DNA of 62,430 nt, counting the filler, from an uncultured Myxococcia bacterium (lineage in GTDB: Bacteria > CAZTWC01), in NCBI GenBank assembly GCA_964617105.1. It is 8 parts of 8 records of this genome, joined end to end, with 100 filler letters (N's around TTAATTAATTAA, not from the genome) between each part and the next. Parts side by side here need not be neighbours in the genome. Positions count along the whole stretch, not along the records: positions 1 to 7,926 come from CAZTWC010000169.1; positions 8,027 to 15,867 come from CAZTWC010000170.1; 6 more parts are not named here. One strand, written 5' to 3'. A program made the position numbers and the translations under genes. Positions 1 through 10,279 of this stretch are shown here, in pieces (the first letter of the stretch is position 1; every line of letters begins with the position of its first letter). A model generated the notes under the pieces. That model saw nothing but the letters and a program-made list of their open reading frames with translations, was not told the origin of the DNA and made no database searches.

Positions 1-592
1 GTTCACCATCTATCACCATCTCTATCTCTATTTTGGCCATATCGACCCACTGCAGACTGATGCCAATATCCAGGTTCTCTATAACTCTCCAGGCTACACT
101 GAGGGTATAGTAGAAGAGGAGGATATCTTTTTTTAGCAGCATATAGCGCTGGCCGCCATCCTGGGGATAGGTGGCCTTGCCAATACTGGGCGGCCCGTAC
201 ACGCCGGCCGCAAAGGAGAAATCTTTTAGTCCGAAGTCGTGGGAAAGAGCAACCATCATCCCCAGGGGAAAAAGAGGATCTTCGGGCTTAACGTGCTCAA
301 AATCAACCATACGGGGCACTCCGTGCACTGCCCCGCTCCAATCCAGGGTGCGGGCTCGGCGATATTCCACGTCGCTGTATGCCAGGCGGTGGTTAAAAAA
401 AAGGTTAAATCCCTTTTGTTTGGCCAAACCTGAGGGGTTGTAGTAGATGGCGGAGAGATCATCCGCCCTGGTCATAAAGGCCCCGCCGCGGCCGCTGGCC
501 CGGGCTCCCTGATCGGCCACCTCAATTCCGCCTCCTATAGCCGAGAAGGAAAAGAAACATGAGATAATGAACAGTAAAATAGAGGGTTTCAT
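1..592 (-). CDS. FadL/OmpP1/TodX-family outer-membrane beta-barrel transporter (5' part; runs off window start)
   Basis: Not in the ORF track. Manual translation from ATG at 592: MKPSILLFIISCFFSFSAIGGGIEVADQGARASGRGGAFMTRADDLSAIYYNPSGL...YYTLSVAWRVIENLDIGISLQWV. Signal peptide plus the GxGGA...ADD.SAxYYNP.GL FadL signature. The start overlaps the upstream stop (TAATG). Confidence 0.85.
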   Translation of the reverse strand, partial: MKPSILLFIISCFFSFSAIGGGIEVADQGARASGRGGAFMTRADDLSAIYYNPSGLAKQKGFNLFFNHRLAYSDVEYRRARTLDWSGAVHGVPRMVDFEHVKPEDPLFPLGMMVALSHDFGLKDFSFAAGVYGPPSIGKATYPQDGGQRYMLLKKDILLFYYTLSVAWRVIENLDIGISLQWVDMAKIEIEMVIDGE

Positions 593-1653
593 TATTGCTC
601 CTTGGCGGAACAGTCGTTAGATTTGACAGGGTTAAACTTTTCCTCTGCCAGCATCACTGCATCAAAATAACCCTGTATCCGGTAGCCGGAATCTCCGGTT
701 GTGGTCATGCAGGTGGGTTTCAAACGCACCAGTTTGGCCAGATTTCCAAAGGAGATCCACTTGTTGCCCAGAGACTTGCTGTCACCACAGTAGGTTCGGC
801 AATATTTGGTCAGGTTATCTCCGGAATAGGTGTCGCCGCTGGGCTTATATTCACAGGTTCCACTGAGAGGACACATGCAGATTCGGTTGGCGTCCTCTAC
901 GGTTATACATCCCTCCAGATATCCATTTTGGATGGCACTGCAGTTGGGGTTGAACCCAAAGCGAATCTTTAAGTTCATTAGCGGAATAGTGTTGGCCGGT
1001 TTGATGTCAGGAGCGCAGATAACCGGGGTGTCAATAGGGCCGGGGTGAAAATTTAGAGTTGAATCCGATCCGGCAGAGGAGGGATCTTTCAATACCTCAA
1101 AGGTTTTAAACTCACACTGTTTGCCATGGTAACTCTTGGCACTGGCGTTGATGGTGGTATCTGGCAAATGGCAATAAGATTCCACCAGGCTGTGGATACT
1201 ATCAGCATCATTTTTTCCCTGGGGCGGCTTTAAAATAAGGGTATTGGGATCCACGTCTTTATCTGCCGGCAGCCTCCAGGCTGACCCGCCCACAAGGGAG
1301 ATCTTTTCCGCTGCCGCGCCAGCCTGTCCAGATTTAAATTCATCAATCACAAAAATAATATTGAACAGATTATTTTTAATATCATCGCTCCAAATGGTGT
1401 TCAGGTTATTGGCAAAGACCTCTGGCTCATCCACCTCCAACCGGGTAAACCTGAAGGCCCGCTCCTTCATTTTATCATCTGGGCATTGGCAAGTGTCGGA
1501 GCAAGTTCCTCCTTGATTTTTGGATAATTCAACCTTGGGGCATGGTGGTTCCTCCATTGAGACACAGGCATAGGCTAATAATAGCAGAAAAAATAACCCT
1601 GGAACTACCAGTTTCACCCCTGGGGTTAAAAGTTTTCCAACATAATTGCTCAT
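592..1653 (-). CDS. Cys-rich hypothetical lipoprotein (353 aa)
   Basis: Hydrophobic N-terminus ending LLAYAC (lipobox-like), many Cys, GGAGG RBS upstream; no family recognised. Confidence 0.7.
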   Translation of the reverse strand: MSNYVGKLLTPGVKLVVPGLFFLLLLAYACVSMEEPPCPKVELSKNQGGTCSDTCQCPDDKMKERAFRFTRLEVDEPEVFANNLNTIWSDDIKNNLFNIIFVIDEFKSGQAGAAAEKISLVGGSAWRLPADKDVDPNTLILKPPQGKNDADSIHSLVESYCHLPDTTINASAKSYHGKQCEFKTFEVLKDPSSAGSDSTLNFHPGPIDTPVICAPDIKPANTIPLMNLKIRFGFNPNCSAIQNGYLEGCITVEDANRICMCPLSGTCEYKPSGDTYSGDNLTKYCRTYCGDSKSLGNKWISFGNLAKLVRLKPTCMTTTGDSGYRIQGYFDAVMLAEEKFNPVKSNDCSAKEQ

Positions 1654-1706
1654 ATTACCTCCCAGATATTTGGATGGGATGGACCACAGTTAATCTCTCA
1701 ATTGCT

Positions 1707-4139
1707 TTAATAGCAGGCGCCGCCGCCACCTTGCAACTCCAGGCACTGTTCTTCCGTACCACACTGAGGACTTTGCAGATCACACTTTTCCAGGCAAATT
1801 CCTTCGGTGGAAGATGCATATATGTTCACACAAAGCATATCACCCTGACAATAGCCCTGGTTGAAACTGCAGACCTCCCCCTTGGCTTTGGTGAGGGCCG
1901 GTTCATTCAGGCAGGCGCCCCTTCCGTCTGAAAGGGTAAAACATTTTTTCCCGGTACCACATTGGGATACTGAACCGGCCGGATCAGGAGAGCAGACGGC
2001 CGAGCAAATGCCTCCCGATTTATTGTTGTCCAGGTTGACACAAATCATATCGGAGGCGCAATATCCTTTAATGGGATCACAGATTTCATCTACCTGCCGG
2101 GTATTGGCCGGCTTTTTATAACAGGCGCCCTTACCGTTTGACAATTTCAGGCACTCTCCCCCGGGACAGGTGGGTGTGTTAGGATCGCAGGAGTTCATAC
2201 AAAAACCATCACGATTATTGACATCCATGTAGGTGCAGACCAGGCCGCTTTGACAGTTTCCGGTAAAAGAACTGCAGGTTTCTCCCTCTTGCCGTATAGT
2301 GGTATTCTGATCGTAACAGACACCGCCGGTTCCCTGCACCGCAATACAGGTTTGATTGTTAGTACATTGCTGAGAGGAGTCGGAGGGGGAGCATTTTTTC
2401 AGGCAGCTGCCCGACATGCTGTTAAAGTCCACCTGAAAACAGAGTAGAGTATCTATACAATTACCAATATATGGACCGCACTTTTCATTCAACTGCAGGT
2501 TTTCCTGAACCGTAGAGGCAGAAACACAATTGCCTTTTTGACAGACATTATCGCCCTGACACTGAGTAACTCCAGACCAGGAGTGGCAGCCATCGGTGTC
2601 TTTTTGGCAACTCTTATATCCATTGCCATCACAGATTTTGACACCCACCAGTTCGCATTCATCGTTACAGGTACATTGGCCTTGCCGGCATACTTTATTG
2701 GTGCCGCAGTTTTTCACCTCTCCCCAGTCGGTGCAATTGTTGGCTTTTTTAACACACTCCTGGAATCCATCGCCAGAACATTTTTTCTCTCCCTCGGTGC
2801 AGACATTGGTGCATTTGATTTGGCACTGGCCACCGGAACAGACCTGGTCTGTAGCGCAATAGGTGACTTGTCCCCAGTGCAGGCAGCCGTTTGCATCTTT
2901 TTCGCAACTCTTGAATCCATTGCCATCACAGGTTTTCATCCCTTCTGGACCACACTGGTCATCGCAGCGGCATTTGCCCTGGGAACATATTTTATTTTTT
3001 TCGCAGGAAATTATCTCGCTCCAATCGGTACATCCACTGGTTTTACTCTCACACACCATAAACCCATCGCCCGAGCATTTTCTGGTATTTAGCACACAAC
3101 TGTCAGAACATTTGGCTACACATTTGCCGCCAGAACAGGGTTGGTCTGAAGGGCAAGAGGTGGCAACGCTCCAGAGAAAACAGCCTGATGACGCTTTTTG
3201 ACAGGTTTTGAACCCATCGCCATCGCAGGATCTGGCTCCTTCGGAATCACATTGGTTATCACAAACACATTGTCCTTTGTCACACACTTTGTCCTGGGCG
3301 CATTTTTTCGTCGGCCCCCAGTCCAGGCAACCGTTGGGTTGTTTGGCGCATTCTTGTACCCCATCGCCCTGACATTTGGTTTCTCCCATGGTACAGGAGT
3401 TGGTGCAATGTTTCACACATTGCCCACCAGAGCAAATTGCGCCGGATTCGCAATTGTAAACCTTCCCCCATTTCAGGCAGCCGGTAATATGGTCCACTAC
3501 ACAGGTTTTGAATCCATCGCCATCACAGGTTCTGGTGCCCTGGAGGTTACATTGAGCATCGCAGACACATTGCCCGTTTTTACAGACTTTTCCCACTTCA
3601 CATCCTTTAATTTGCCCCCAGTCATTACAGCCGTTTTGCGTGGTCATACAGATCTGAACAGCAGCAGAGCCGGAACACCTGAAAGATCCTGGCGTACAAA
3701 CGTTTCCACAGGAAGTAGCGCATCTCCCGCCGGAGCAGACCTGGTTTTGAGCGCAGTTAAAAACCTGCCCCCAGATCAGGCAGCCATTTTGATCCTCCTG
3801 ACACTGTTTGTAGCCATTTCCTTCACAGATTTTGGTGCCAGCTGGAGAACACAGATTTTTGCACTGGCACTCACCATATTGACAACTCGTGCCGCCTGGA
3901 CAGGGCTCAGGCTGACTCCAGATGAAGCAGTTAGCCACTTTGGCGCAGGTAATCAATTGATTGTTATGGCATTTTTTGGCACCCTGGTTGCACAGTTGGC
4001 CTGGCAGATGTTTTTGATTACATTCTGAAATGTCTCCGGTATTGTTGTTTGAAGGTATAGTTTCATTTTCAGAGCAAGCAAAAAAGAGAAAGAGTAAACC
4101 GAGCACCAATACTGAAAATAATTTAGTTGTACTTTTCAT
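1707..4139 (-). CDS. Large Cys-rich tandem-repeat surface lipoprotein (810 aa)
   Basis: Lipobox FFAC. Ten ~50-aa repeats with a C-x-x-W core, then four repeats of a second Cys type (ExC...GxC...GxC). Confidence 0.8.
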   Translation of the reverse strand: MKSTTKLFSVLVLGLLFLFFACSENETIPSNNNTGDISECNQKHLPGQLCNQGAKKCHNNQLITCAKVANCFIWSQPEPCPGGTSCQYGECQCKNLCSPAGTKICEGNGYKQCQEDQNGCLIWGQVFNCAQNQVCSGGRCATSCGNVCTPGSFRCSGSAAVQICMTTQNGCNDWGQIKGCEVGKVCKNGQCVCDAQCNLQGTRTCDGDGFKTCVVDHITGCLKWGKVYNCESGAICSGGQCVKHCTNSCTMGETKCQGDGVQECAKQPNGCLDWGPTKKCAQDKVCDKGQCVCDNQCDSEGARSCDGDGFKTCQKASSGCFLWSVATSCPSDQPCSGGKCVAKCSDSCVLNTRKCSGDGFMVCESKTSGCTDWSEIISCEKNKICSQGKCRCDDQCGPEGMKTCDGNGFKSCEKDANGCLHWGQVTYCATDQVCSGGQCQIKCTNVCTEGEKKCSGDGFQECVKKANNCTDWGEVKNCGTNKVCRQGQCTCNDECELVGVKICDGNGYKSCQKDTDGCHSWSGVTQCQGDNVCQKGNCVSASTVQENLQLNEKCGPYIGNCIDTLLCFQVDFNSMSGSCLKKCSPSDSSQQCTNNQTCIAVQGTGGVCYDQNTTIRQEGETCSSFTGNCQSGLVCTYMDVNNRDGFCMNSCDPNTPTCPGGECLKLSNGKGACYKKPANTRQVDEICDPIKGYCASDMICVNLDNNKSGGICSAVCSPDPAGSVSQCGTGKKCFTLSDGRGACLNEPALTKAKGEVCSFNQGYCQGDMLCVNIYASSTEGICLEKCDLQSPQCGTEEQCLELQGGGGACY

Positions 4140-4266
4140 AAAAATTACCCCTTTTTTAGTAATTAATTAACCGATTTTTAATCTCAATAATAAAGTAACA
4201 CAACATATTAGCAAACTTTTTTTTAGATTACTTTATCAAAACAGATATTTTTGTTAAGTTCATAAA

Positions 4267-6426
4267 ATGGATTACATACTTTTTGCTACAACTGCCAAGG
4301 GGATGGAGCCGCTTCTGGCCAATGAACTGAAGTGGCTTGGCGCCCAGAAAGTTTCCCGGACCACTGCCGGAGTATCCTTTGTTGGCTCTCTGGCAACTGC
4401 TTACCGGGTTTGTCTGTGGTCAAGGATTGCCAATCGAGTTCTCCTGCAGTTAATACGTTTTAAAGCTGGCACTCCAGAGGAACTCTACTGGGGTGTTCGT
4501 TCAGTTAACTGGCTGAATCACCTCCGGGCGGAAAATACTCTGGCGGTGAATTTTCTTACCAAAGATTCTTTTGTCCGAAATAGCCAATACGGCGCTCAGA
4601 TTGTCAAGGATGCGGTGGTGGATCAGTTCAGGGAACAGACCGGAGATCGTCCCAATGTGGACCGGCTGCAACCAGATATCCGCATCAATCTCTATCTGCG
4701 GGGCAAAAGAGCTATCTTGAGTATTGATCTTTCTGGTGACAGTTTGCATCGCCGGGGATATAGGCTGCAGGGTTTGACGGCTCCTCTTAAGGAGAATCTG
4801 GCCGCTGTAATGTTGATTAGCGCCGAGTGGTATAAATTCTCCCTGGCGGGACGCCCTCTTTGCGATCCCCTGTGTGGTTCCGGCACGCTGCCTATTGAAG
4901 CCGCCTTAATGGCTGCCAATATAGCCCCTGGTCTTAGCCGAAAAAATTATGGGTTTTTAAATTGGCAAGGCCATAATGACAAACTTTGGCAAGAGTTATT
5001 AACTGAGGCTCAGCAAAAAAAATCTGAGGGACTGAAACGAATGCCTACCATAATGGCCTTTGATGTTGACGGAAATGCTATAGATGCCGCCATTAGCAAT
5101 GCTGAACGGGCAGGTCTGGCCGGCAAGATAGAGTTTAAAAAGGCTCCTTTGGGCCTTCCGGTGATGCAGAATCTGGTACAGAAATTAACTCAGGACCAGA
5201 CTGGCCTGTTAGTTGCCAATCCCCCCTATGGTGAAAGATTGGGAGATGAGAGAGAGACCAGTCTGCTCTATAAGAAATTGGGCCAGGTATTAAAGGGGAT
5301 TTTCAGCGGCTGGCAGGCAGCCATTCTTACTTCCAAATACCAATGGATGGCCTATTTAGATCTCGAACCACGCCGCAGCCAGGTGTTGTACAATGGCCAG
5401 ATTGAATGTAAATTATACCATTTTGTAATTGCTAAGCACTATTTTCCCCAATCCGCCAATTCGCCGGGCGCTCAGATGTTTGCCAACCGCTTGAAAAAAA
5501 ATGAAAAAAGACTTCGCCGCTGGAGAAAAAAACAGGGAATTTACTGCTGGCGGATTTATGACCGGGATATGCCTGAATATGCGGTGGCAGTAGATATTTA
5601 CCAGGGCGAAGAAAAATGGATCCATGTCCATGAATACCAGGCGCCCAGCACAGTGGATCCAGATAAAGCCAAAACCCGTTTGGCCGAAGTTATGGCGGTT
5701 ATACCTCAAACCCTGGAAATTTCACCAGATCGTCTCTTTTTAAAAATTCACCGACCACAGAAAGGTAAGGTGCAGTATAGTCGCCTTGATAAACAGGGCG
5801 AATTTATCCCTGTTTTTGAAAGTGACAGCCGGTTTTGGGTCAATTTCAAAGATTTTTTAAATACTGGACTCTTTTTAGACCACCGTCATACCCGGGAGAT
5901 GATAAGGCAAAAGGCATCTGGAAAAAATTTTCTTAACCTGTTTGCCTACACTGGATCTGCCTCTGTTTATGCCGCCAAGGGTGGAGCTAAAACTACCACC
6001 ACGGTAGATATGTCGCCCACCTATATAAACTGGGCCCGCCGCAATATGCGATTAAACGATTTTACCAATAAAAACCGCCACAAGTATATAGAGCAGGATA
6101 TCTTTCAATGGCTGGCAAAAACGCCCTCTTTCTTTTATGATCTGATATTTTTAGATGCCCCAACCTTTTCCAACTCCAAGAAAATGAATCAAACCTTTGA
6201 TGTCCAACGGGATCACCCACAACTGATTGGACAGGTATTGAAACTGCTGGCCCCGGGCGGCACCATAATCTTTGCCAATAACATGGCAAAATTTAAAATT
6301 AACCTTTCTGAACTGCCTCCAAATATCGAGGTGGAAGATATCTCTCGCCAAACCATCCCAGAAGATTTTCCAGGCCATCGCAAAGTCCACCAATGCTTTT
6401 TGATTCGCTCTTTTGCCACTCGCTGA
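4267..6426 (+). CDS. rlmL: Bifunctional 23S rRNA m2G2445/m7G2069 methyltransferase RlmKL
   Basis: THUMP region, SLHRRGYR, APLKENLA, DPLCGSGT, NPPYGERL, then RlmK half with TGLFLDHR, LNLFAYTG and FDVQRDH. Confidence 0.95.
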   Translation: MDYILFATTAKGMEPLLANELKWLGAQKVSRTTAGVSFVGSLATAYRVCLWSRIANRVLLQLIRFKAGTPEELYWGVRSVNWLNHLRAENTLAVNFLTKDSFVRNSQYGAQIVKDAVVDQFREQTGDRPNVDRLQPDIRINLYLRGKRAILSIDLSGDSLHRRGYRLQGLTAPLKENLAAVMLISAEWYKFSLAGRPLCDPLCGSGTLPIEAALMAANIAPGLSRKNYGFLNWQGHNDKLWQELLTEAQQKKSEGLKRMPTIMAFDVDGNAIDAAISNAERAGLAGKIEFKKAPLGLPVMQNLVQKLTQDQTGLLVANPPYGERLGDERETSLLYKKLGQVLKGIFSGWQAAILTSKYQWMAYLDLEPRRSQVLYNGQIECKLYHFVIAKHYFPQSANSPGAQMFANRLKKNEKRLRRWRKKQGIYCWRIYDRDMPEYAVAVDIYQGEEKWIHVHEYQAPSTVDPDKAKTRLAEVMAVIPQTLEISPDRLFLKIHRPQKGKVQYSRLDKQGEFIPVFESDSRFWVNFKDFLNTGLFLDHRHTREMIRQKASGKNFLNLFAYTGSASVYAAKGGAKTTTTVDMSPTYINWARRNMRLNDFTNKNRHKYIEQDIFQWLAKTPSFFYDLIFLDAPTFSNSKKMNQTFDVQRDHPQLIGQVLKLLAPGGTIIFANNMAKFKINLSELPPNIEVEDISRQTIPEDFPGHRKVHQCFLIRSFATR

Positions 6427-6441
6427 ATGAATGCTCATTCA
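6424..6441. promoter_or_regulatory. Palindromic operator resembling the TetR-type FadR/YsiA box
   Basis: TGAATGA-ATGC-TCATTCA with perfect 7-bp arms, about 120 bp upstream of an acyl-CoA dehydrogenase. Confidence 0.6.
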
Positions 6442-6561
6442 TTTTTATCTTTCCCTTTTTATTTTATTATGTTAATTCTATTCTACAAGTCGGTCGTCGA
6501 CCACTGATAACAGCACTTTAAATTATTTATAATTGTTTTTTAACGTTTTAGGAGGTGTATA

Positions 6562-7926
6562 ATGAGCGACATTTTTGGGGTAAAATACTTGTTGTCTGAT
6601 ACCAGTGCGGAAGATATTATGACTCCGGAAAAATTTAGCGAGGAGCAACTGGAGTTTTATCGCACGGCCAGAAATTTTATGTTAAAGAGCGTAATGCCAA
6701 AAAACAAAGAGTTAGAGGCCAAAGAGAAGGGACTAATCGTCAGTATGCTTAAAGAGGCGGGTGAGTTAGGCTTATTCATGGTTGGCATACCGGAAAAGTA
6801 TGATGGATTGGAGTTGGATGAAACTACTGCCATGCTGGTTACCGAAGCCACCGCTATGCAGGGTTCGTTTACCGTCTCCTACGGCGCCCATGTTGGAATT
6901 GGAACTATGCCCATCATCTTTTTTGGCAATCATGAACAAAAACAGAGATACTTGCCCAAGGCTGCCTCTGGCGAATGGCTGGGCGCCTATGCTCTAACCG
7001 AGGCTACCGCTGGTTCCGATGCTATGTCGGCCCGCACCAAAGCGGTTCTTTCCGAAGATGGTAAATATTACACTGTTAATGGTTCCAAGCAGTTTATCAC
7101 CAGCGCTGGATTTGCCGATTACTTTATTGTATTTGCCAAAATCGATGGCCAAAAATTTACCGCCTTTATTATAGACAGTAATTCTCCAGGAGTTACGGTG
7201 GAGCCCGAAGAGCACAAAATGGGTTTGAGAGGTTCATCCACCACCGCTATTACTTTTGAAGATGTGAAAGTGCCGGCAGAAAATCTATTGGGCGAGATCG
7301 GTAAAGGTCATAAAATTGCTTTCAATATCTTGAATATGGGGCGCATGAAATTGGGCGTGGCTGTCACCGGAGCGGGCAAGGAAGTCCTGGCCGCTGCAGT
7401 TAAATACGCCAACGAACGGCAGCAGTTTAAACAGACGATTTCCAGTTTTGGCATTATTCAGGAGAAGATTGCCAATATGAATATCAAGATCTATGCCGCT
7501 GAATCAATGAGCTATCGCACCACTGGATACATCGATGTGTTGCTGGGAGATAAAGACAAGCATGACGACAACTACGGACAGGAGGTCATTAAGGCGATGG
7601 AGGAGATGAACATCGAGGCTTCTATTATGAAAGTCTGGGGCTCCGAGATGCTGGACTATGTAACTGACGAAGCGGTGCAGATCCACGGGGGATATGGATA
7701 TATCGAAGAATTTCCCGCCGCTGAGCAGGCTTACCGCGATTCCCGGATTAACCGGATATTCGAGGGCACCAACGAGATCAACCGTATGCTGATTCCCGGC
7801 ACTATATTAAAGCGCTCCATGACCGGCAGGCTGCCGATGATGGAGGTAGTGGACAAACTTACCAAAAAGATAAAAAAAGACCAAATGGAATCCAAGGGGG
7901 AAGGCCGGTTTGATGACTTAACCTAT
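6562..7926 (+). CDS. Acyl-CoA dehydrogenase (long FadE type), truncated by contig end
   Basis: AYALTEATAGSDA, KMGLRGSST, QIHGGYGY and RINRIFEGTNEINR motifs; AGGAGG RBS. Confidence 0.93.
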
Positions 7927-8026
7927 NNNNNNNNNNNNNNNNNNNNNNNNNNNNNNNNNNNNNNNNNNNNTTAATTAATTAANNNNNNNNNNNNNNNNNN
8001 NNNNNNNNNNNNNNNNNNNNNNNNNN
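7927..8026. other. Artificial contig linker
   Basis: 44 N + TTAATTAATTAA (stops in all six frames) + 44 N. Confidence 0.98.
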
Positions 8027-9480
8027 TTGTCATTGGCAGCCAGGATAGCCGGTTTGAACACCACACCGTTATCAATTGAAAACTCAGCCTTAATATCAAC
8101 CGGATCCCGCTCTTCATCCTTTACTAAAAAATCTACAGTAACTTTGTCGTATTGAATCCCATTTGGAGTTTTAACCGTAGCCGTGGGAGAAAAATTTATC
8201 GTATTATTCAGGTTAAATTCCCCACTTAATGCCGAAACCCCTTTTTCCTGGTCTGCCGGAGTAATTCGAAAACGGAGCCCGGCTGTTTTTACCAGGCCCA
8301 GGTCTTTAACACTGTCCCAGGTAAATATGTGTTTTACCCCCTCAGGGCTGGTATCCAAATTATCGGTCTTAACACCAGTTACCGGATTGGCCGTAACAAA
8401 TGATACAGCGCCCTTTAACTTGTATTCTGTAACAACAGATGCTTTATCACTCTGGGCGTCAAAGAGTTGATAAGCAATTTTTATAGCGCCACTTTGTTCC
8501 CCAGGCGGAGTTACAATTTCAGCCCTGGGCGGCGATTTAGGTGAACGATTGTCGACCTGGAACTCTTTAGAGGTAAAATAGATCCCAGTTGAACTGTCGG
8601 ACGGTGTCATTCGCAATTTCACCGCTTTAAACAGGCCGGTGCCAGTATCATCAGCGGATTTCCAGATTAGTTTGTGTTCTACCCCCTTTAGGTTGGTGGC
8701 AAGATTTTTCAAGGGGGCATCTTTTATAGTAGCCACCTGATAAAACCCCTTACCCATATGGTACTCAACAAAAACCGTGGCCTTATCTCCCTGCTCATCT
8801 TTGATTAAAAAAGAGATCTCAATATCACCGCTTCCCTTTTCGGGTGGTGATATGGAAACTATTTGAGGTGGCGACACCGAGGAGTTATCGAGTTGAAAAT
8901 TAACCTCCTTCGCTTCAGCTTTTTGATCCTTATGAAGGCTATCTTCCGGGAGCATCTTGATTTTAACCTCTCCTTTAAAACCAGGAAGATCATTGGCTGA
9001 ATTCCAAACAAATTGATATTTTTCTCCTGCCGGAGAGGTTGAAAGCCTACTCAATAGAATACCAGGCGGAACCTGGGATGCGATTTTAAATTGAGAATCA
9101 CTCTCCTGGCCTTTAGCGTATTGAACCGTGACATTGATATCATCGAAATCCAGGTCAAAGGCGACAAACTCCAGAATAACATCTCCCTTTTGTATCCCTT
9201 CAAGCGGCAGCAGGGTCAACCGTGGAGGAGTGTTTGAATCTCCATCAACCTCACCGGCATCGGGTTGATCTGCTAATCCACCTCCATCTTCACCACCATC
9301 TTCACCAGCATCAACCTCACCAGCATCAGTGGGTGAAGAGAGGCATATCCCATTTATGCAGACAGCGCCTGGGGGGCAATCTTTACCGCTACTACACTGA
9401 TGATCGTCATCATTGCAACTGCTGCATCCTCCAAAAAAAAGTAAAAAGAGGGATAATAACCATATTGTCCAAAACTTCAT
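8027..9480 (-). CDS. Lipoprotein with tandem ~113-aa Ig-like repeats, truncated by contig end
   Basis: Lipobox FGGC, short Cys domain and acidic DAG linker. Then 3.5 repeats of PP...G.I.I.F...D...D...V.VEY...F..A...L.TSP.G.KH.F.W.S..D...F..DN. Confidence 0.75.
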
Positions 9481-9565
9481 ATCCTGCTCTCCTAAAATTA
9501 GTAACTGACGAATTATTATTACAACATTATTTCAGGGATTTCCGCTTGATCAGATATTGGTTCTT

Positions 9566-10225
9566 TTAAAGGGGATTAATTACCAGAACTACTCTGCGGT
9601 TCTTACTTTGATTTTCAGATATAGGCTCACCAGTAGGTCCTATATTGGGATGTAGAGGGAGGGTGTCAGCATAACCTACCGCTTTTAACCGTTCAGGCGA
9701 AATAGACTGATCGATCATATATCGAACTACTACAGAAGAACGGGCCGTGGATAACTCCCAATTGGATGGATATTTGCTATTTTTGTGAAGCGGAACATTG
9801 TCGGTGTGTCCTTCTACCACAATTCCAAAAGGTTCCGGACGAATTTTTTGGGCCAGTTTTTCCAACAACTTTTTTGCCTTTTCCGTCAACTCTGCGCTGC
9901 CAGAAGAAAAAATCGCGTTGGAACTCATCTGAATAGCCACCCCTTCCAGAGTTGGAATAATTTTTATCTCCTCACCAAGTTTTTCCTCCTGCACAATAGC
10001 TCCCAACTTCTCTCTTACCTCAATGATTTTCTCTTTTTGCCGCTCGATATGAATACCCAGGGCATTGCTCACCGAATCGGATAACAAACCATATTTTTGG
10101 TCATCGATGGTCGACATTGCCACCAGAATAACAAAAAAACAGAGTAATATGGTCATCATGTCTCCATAACTAATTGACCATTCTGAATCATCGTTATCAG
10201 TATATTTTTTATTGATTTTAATCAA
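9566..10225 (-). CDS. motB: Flagellar stator subunit MotB/PomB
   Basis: WSISYGDMMTILLCFF transmembrane helix with the essential Asp; OmpA-like domain with EGHTD, NWELSTAR and NRRV. Confidence 0.93.
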   Translation of the reverse strand: MIKINKKYTDNDDSEWSISYGDMMTILLCFFVILVAMSTIDDQKYGLLSDSVSNALGIHIERQKEKIIEVREKLGAIVQEEKLGEEIKIIPTLEGVAIQMSSNAIFSSGSAELTEKAKKLLEKLAQKIRPEPFGIVVEGHTDNVPLHKNSKYPSNWELSTARSSVVVRYMIDQSISPERLKAVGYADTLPLHPNIGPTGEPISENQSKNRRVVLVINPL

Positions 10226-10279
10226 TTGGAATATAACCTCTTCCTGGTTTCAGGTGATAAATTTGTTGGCAAAAAAGTT

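Noticed and set aside
1707-4139. Periodic DNA similarity as a CRISPR array or DGR template/variable repeat
   Set aside because: The repeats are in-frame degenerate protein repeats. There are no spacers, cas genes or reverse transcriptase in the window, and no adenine-specific pattern was seen.
7971-7982. Recurring TTAATTAATTAA at regular ~7.8-kb spacing as a biological repeat or att site
   Set aside because: Always embedded in N runs; it is a six-frame-stop assembly spacer.
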